The position numbers and the translations under genes are program-made. A DNA stretch of 64,000 nucleotides from Podospora anserina (Eukaryota): assembly GCA_017654855.1 (NCBI GenBank), contig CM030332.1, forward strand, positions 2,046,001 through 2,110,000. Reading direction: 5' to 3'. Below are positions 59,407-64,000 of the stretch, piece by piece; the first letter of the stretch is position 1, and each line of letters opens with the position of its first letter. Under the pieces are notes generated by a model. That model was not told where the DNA came from and made no database searches. It saw nothing but the letters and a program-made list of their open reading frames with translations.

Positions 59407-61974
59407 CCTAGATACTTTTATCTTATAAGAGTTTACTTAAATTATTATTAATTTAAAAGGTCCTTTACGTTTAATTTGCTAACCTTTTATTCTATAGTAC
59501 CTACATATTTTTTAATATAAATTCCTTAATTTAAAAAAAGTCGGTTTTAAAAATAATTTCTAAAAAAATATTTTACGGAATATTTAAAGTGTTTCTAAAT
59601 ATTTATAAAAAATATTAAATTATATAATTTACTTTTTATATTTATAAAATTACATCCTAATATAATTTCGATATAGAAAAACTAAATCAATAAAGATATA
59701 AATTTGAATATTTTTAATATTTTTAATGTTAAAAATGTTAATAAAAGTACTTAATATTTCAAATTTAATATAGATTCTAATCAACGAAATACAAAAAAGT
59801 AGTGTTTATTTAACTTTAAGTGATTATTTTCGGGATTTTAGTATGGTATAGTTTATATTTAAACAAGTCGTAAATTAGATATCATTATTAAGCTTTGATA
59901 TTTTATATTTACTTTAACATATTTAGCTGGGATTTTCTTTTTTAATTATTGGGATAATATAAGTAGTAATAATATTAAAGAATTGTATAGCGGGCTTTCG
60001 GTATTATGGTTCAACCGGGATCTTATATATTGTATAGCCAGTTTATTTAAAAATAAATTTTAGTTTTTTACAATTAATATAAATATTACTATAGAAAAAA
60101 AGTGAAGAGCTTTTAGAAGTAAAAATTATATTTATAAAGTTATTTTAGATATTATGATTACTATAGATACTAGTAGCAAGGGATTTTTCATGGAGTTTAA
60201 TTATCTTAGCTAGTGTGGGTGACCATAGCGTCAGGCATTAAAAGTGGAGGTGGAAGTCCGGTTTATACCGCACAGCGGCATCTTGGGACGAGTGGCCTGT
60301 GCCCCTCCCCCCGCACACTACCCGCCTTGCCGCCGCTAACATCTGGTCAGGGGTAAGCCTGCCTCCCTGCAACCCTGTTGACAAGGACAGAAGCTGGCGG
60401 CGGGGTTGCTGTTGACCCCCCACGAAGAGACATCATAGCAACAGCTGCTCACTGATGTCTTGAGATGGTTGGAGAAGATGATCTTTGACTCTAACACCCA
60501 TGTGCCTAGTCTGTGGCTGATGCCGTGAACTACCTTACCAACTATATGTGACATATGTTTGTGGCCATGTTGGCTCTCAGATAAATCTTAAACAGATCTT
60601 CTGCCATACATCATCGCAGCATGAATCCCCTCTGATGAAGGTCAAAAACCTCCGGATGGAAGCAACAGTGATATGATCTCCTCATCAAAAGCCAGCGCAA
60701 GACTCAACACACTGTAGCCACAACCACTCTTCCCCAGTCATACTTAGGTACCTATCTTGACTAGCCAAAAAGAACATATTCTCCAGTTTTGCCCAACCTG
60801 GACCCTCAAACTCAGGCGACGAGTGTGAGCTTCAACTGGAAATTACACCCCCCTTTCCCCCAAACATTCAGGTAGCTATGCCCAAACACACATCATCCAA
60901 TCATTTTTAATCTTGACTGAGAGTGCTCAGCTTCAGGTGAGCCACCTCACCGAGGTGTTTCCCGCTCACCTTGTATCAACCAACCGACTGCCCATCATTG
61001 GAGGTTGACATGACAATGAGCCGAGAATGTCCAGCACACTCCGTACAAGTCAAATGTGGCACACTAAAAATTGCGCATCATCCGTAAAAGGACCCGACCG
61101 ATTGGATACCAGAAGCTATCTCCTGCGCCATGAACTTGCATGGTCTTGTGTTGGGTTGTGGTTTGGGTGCTCATCATCCATCACTGACATCAACTCATCA
61201 TCAAATCCCTGGTCACAGCAAAAAACAGTACAAAACATACCCTCGTTGCACAATCACATCAGCACAAACAACCATACCTCACATAATAAACACCACCCAT
61301 CTATTCTCACTCTAACATTTATGCACAAAACCAACGGCATCAGAGCACCAAAAATCTTAGCATCTTTTCTTCGCTAACGGATCAAACCCCCAATCCTCAC
61401 CCATCCTAATTCACGCAGCAAAGCCGACACCCCCATAAACCCCCCACAAGAGCCAATCCAGCCTCTCCCATGCTGAGTAAGTAAAAAGGGAAACGTAAAC
61501 GGAAAAATGCCCATTAGCAACTAACCTCCCCATTCCAAATTACGCCATTTTCATTCCTCCCCCATCTAAAGACAAGAAGAAAAAAAAGGAACGGGATAAC
61601 ATAACCTACGCGCTGCTTTGCACGCCTGCCTATAATCCATGTTGCAGGCCCAATCATCTCTCCGCAAGGTCCCCCTCTCTCGACTTCCTGGTCTTCAACA
61701 TCGCTTGCCTAACCCTCTCACCGATGGCCCTAATCTGACCAGCCGCGTCCAAAAGCAATTGGCTCATCTCCTCACCTGCTGCATTAGCACTACTTAAGTT
61801 CTTCTTCATATCCTCCGCCAGGACTGTCCGCTCTAGAGACGTCAACAATCCCGTAGAGGTACTCGGAGACCCTGCATCCTCGGCAGATAGAGCTGCATAG
61901 CAATCGACAGCCCCTAGAAGCTGTTCCCTGATCTTCTCCGTCAGGTCATGGATATTACGACTCCAAGCGTCCTC

Positions 61975-63591
61975 CTAACTCTCAAATTCAAGCATCACCG
62001 TTCCGTTAGCGAGGCCAGCCTCCTTGATAGTTTGATCCAGGAGGTCGATCAGGTCCACACCACTGGGCGATGTCTTGAGCTCAAATGGTACCCCCTCCAT
62101 GCCTGGAATGGGTGGCTCAGCCTTGATCCATTCGTAAATTCTGGACACCGTATCGTCGAGGCGGAACCGCCTGATAGTGCGGCCAATGCTGTGCCTGATT
62201 TGAATGCGCGTTGTGGTCTTGGGATCGGCGGCTGGCTCCGAGTGTGGCTGATTAGATGGAATTCTGTCAAAAGCCGACTCAACCTTTGGAGGTTCTGCTG
62301 GTGGCTCCTCCGCCTTCCCCTTGCCCTTGTCGTCCGCAGCCAGGTTGCCAGTTGAACGGGTTAGCGCATCGGGGTCGTCGATGTTTGGCGGCGAACCACC
62401 CGTGGCAGCCGCCAGACTGTTCTGAAGTGCGAGCTCAAGCTGCTGCTCCTCCGTCAATCGATCGAAGTCGATAACGCGCTCTGGCCTCTTGGCCTTGGTA
62501 ACGGGGTTTTTGCTGTTGGCTGCGAGGCTGTACCTATCAAGGAACTCGACAAGCTGAGCGTGAAACTCCGAGGGCGATGGAAATGGGATGCCGCTCCAGA
62601 CCTTGACCTGTTCACCAGTGCGGGGGTCGACAACCGACACATGAGGATAGTTGTTGGGGTTCTCATGGGTCCGGTTGGGAAAGTAGAAGTTGATGTACCG
62701 CTCGGCAGAAGGATCCAACTTGTCGTACTGCAGGAAAATGAAGTTCTCCTTGATGAGGGAGACAATGGCTTGGTCCTTCCACACATCGCGGTTGAGCATC
62801 TGGCATTGAAAGTCTGAGGAGTCTTGCAGGTTGACCAACAGCCACTTCTTCTCCTCCTTGCCTTCGTCGCGGGCCTCCTCCCAAGAGAAGTCGGAAATGA
62901 TGTCGTATGGTGGCCTGAAGAGCTCAGCCAGGCGATCTGCCCTACTAACCGCAGCACCGGCTGGTCTAGAGGCTGCTGCCGGAGCACCCGCCGACCAAGC
63001 TGATGGTTGTGCGAACGGGTTGTTGGCTCCAGCACGCCTACGGGCTGCAGCGGCAGCTTGTCCGTGTTCCCTTCTAGCACGAATCTGAGCAAGTACCGAC
63101 TCATGATCGTCGTCGTCAAAACCGCCACCAGGGGCCACGAGCACCTCAGTTGTACGTGCCATGGGAGCCCTAACGCCATCGTCGTCGAGGCCTGCGCCGC
63201 CACCCCCAGCCCCAGACGCTGAAGGATTGTAGAACTGCTCTTGCAACTCCCTAGCCAAGGCAGCATCTTCGTCTTCTTGAGCCGCACGGGCAATGCCGGC
63301 AACATCGTCGGTATCGGAGTCGAAACCCGGGTCCTGCATGTCGTCGTCGCTATCGTCAATATGGATGACGCCTTGGGCATCTTCTCTGCCTTGGGAAGGA
63401 CGGGGACGGTTCGAAGCTGTGGTCAACGCAGGGGTTTGCAAACTTTGCTCGATATTTCTCTGAAGGTCGAGGTCTGAATACCACATGCTGATGGCCTGGG
63501 TGGAATCGCCGCACATGTCGATCATACGTTTGGCCACGGCGTGAGACGTTGCCGTGACCGTCATGAATTCTTGGATCTGCTCCTCGTCCAT
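61975..63591 (-). CDS. UBX5: UBX-domain Cdc48/p97 adaptor (UBA-UAS-UIM-UBX; Ubx5/UBXN7 type)
   Basis: N-terminal UBA-like region, LAELFRPPYD, KWLLVNLQD..FQCQMLNRDVW (UAS), TEEQQLELALQNSL (UIM) and TTRIQIR..TIKEAGLANG (UBX). Confidence 0.92.
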   Translation of the reverse strand: MDEEQIQEFMTVTATSHAVAKRMIDMCGDSTQAISMWYSDLDLQRNIEQSLQTPALTTASNRPRPSQGREDAQGVIHIDDSDDDMQDPGFDSDTDDVAGIARAAQEDEDAALARELQEQFYNPSASGAGGGGAGLDDDGVRAPMARTTEVLVAPGGGFDDDDHESVLAQIRARREHGQAAAAARRRAGANNPFAQPSAWSAGAPAAASRPAGAAVSRADRLAELFRPPYDIISDFSWEEARDEGKEEKKWLLVNLQDSSDFQCQMLNRDVWKDQAIVSLIKENFIFLQYDKLDPSAERYINFYFPNRTHENPNNYPHVSVVDPRTGEQVKVWSGIPFPSPSEFHAQLVEFLDRYSLAANSKNPVTKAKRPERVIDFDRLTEEQQLELALQNSLAAATGGSPPNIDDPDALTRSTGNLAADDKGKGKAEEPPAEPPKVESAFDRIPSNQPHSEPAADPKTTTRIQIRHSIGRTIRRFRLDDTVSRIYEWIKAEPPIPGMEGVPFELKTSPSGVDLIDLLDQTIKEAGLANGTVMLEFES

Positions 63592-64000
63592 GGTTGCTGA
63601 TGTCTAGCTGAGTCAAGCTAAGTTAAGTGATAAGAGCTGTCGTATGTCAAGATATGCGGGAAGTAGTATGCCCTGTGATGTCCGGCTGGAAGAGAAGAGT
63701 CGAAGGGAGTCAGTCGGTCGAAAGGTTTGTGGTAAAAGCCCACAGAGCTCGGAAGGAAATCTTGAGCGCACGCTGCGAGGAAGCAAGCGGCGGGAAGGGA
63801 ACGGTTGATCCCAAAAGTCGGTCGCAGTGGCTCTCCGGAGGAAGGTCTTGGGGAAAAGTCGGGCGGAGGAGAGAGTCCAGTGTCGATCGGTTTGCTCAAT
63901 CGCTCTCGTGGGTTGGTCGAGAGTGTGTCGGAGCAGGAAGAGTTGGGCTGCAGCTGCAGAAGGAAAAAAGGTTTTCGGCACGAGGCGTCGTAGCTCGGGG

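Larger units (their letters stand above)
56753..60277. mobile_element. RIP-degraded DNA transposon relic with ~110-bp terminal inverted repeats (superfamily uncertain, Mutator-like by TIR length)
   Basis: CCGGACTTCCACCTCCACTTTTAATGCCT occurs exactly inverted at both ends, and similarity extends over ~56753-56865 and ~60170-60277. The interior is extremely AT/TpA-rich with no ORFs. No TSD found. Confidence 0.8.

Noticed and set aside
1-64000. CRISPR array, rRNA genes, Starship/Spok block or NLR/HET genes
   Set aside because: No repeat-spacer array, rRNA sequence, tyrosine-recombinase captain or NACHT/HET motifs were seen.

Overview
Gene-dense eukaryotic DNA from a filamentous ascomycete (Sordariales). 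It is most likely Podospora anserina or its species complex: the tyrosinase matches my recollection of the P. anserina enzyme, introns are short GT-AG with CTRAY branch sites, and there is a RIP-type AT-rich relic. The window holds about 19 protein genes: MSH4-like MutS, tyrosinase, BUD23, SVP26, a cAMP-receptor-like GPCR, an FMO, an MFS permease, a 64-aa Cys/His microprotein, a deleted subtilisin, an Mx-like dynamin, a YjjX-like NTPase, a CSC1/OSCA channel, IDH1, a head-to-head pair of related unknown proteins, an AltA1-like secreted protein, an MST-1-type kinase, a UBX5-type adaptor and one hypothetical. It also holds two tRNAs (Thr-AGT, and Lys-CTT with an intron), an intact Tc1/mariner element, and a RIP-degraded long-TIR element with nested solo LTRs. 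Most notable: (1) long open frames behind TAG stops in UBX5, SVP26 and YjjX, in contexts typical of sexual-stage A-to-I stop-loss editing; (2) a divergent pair of paralogous unknown genes, one with a GT..AT intron lacking its AG acceptor; (3) a perfect 46-bp intergenic inverted repeat (milRNA-like hairpin or MITE); (4) an unannotated spliced Cys/His microprotein; (5) a subtilisin that lost its catalytic Asp and His by in-frame deletions. All calls are by eye, without database searches.
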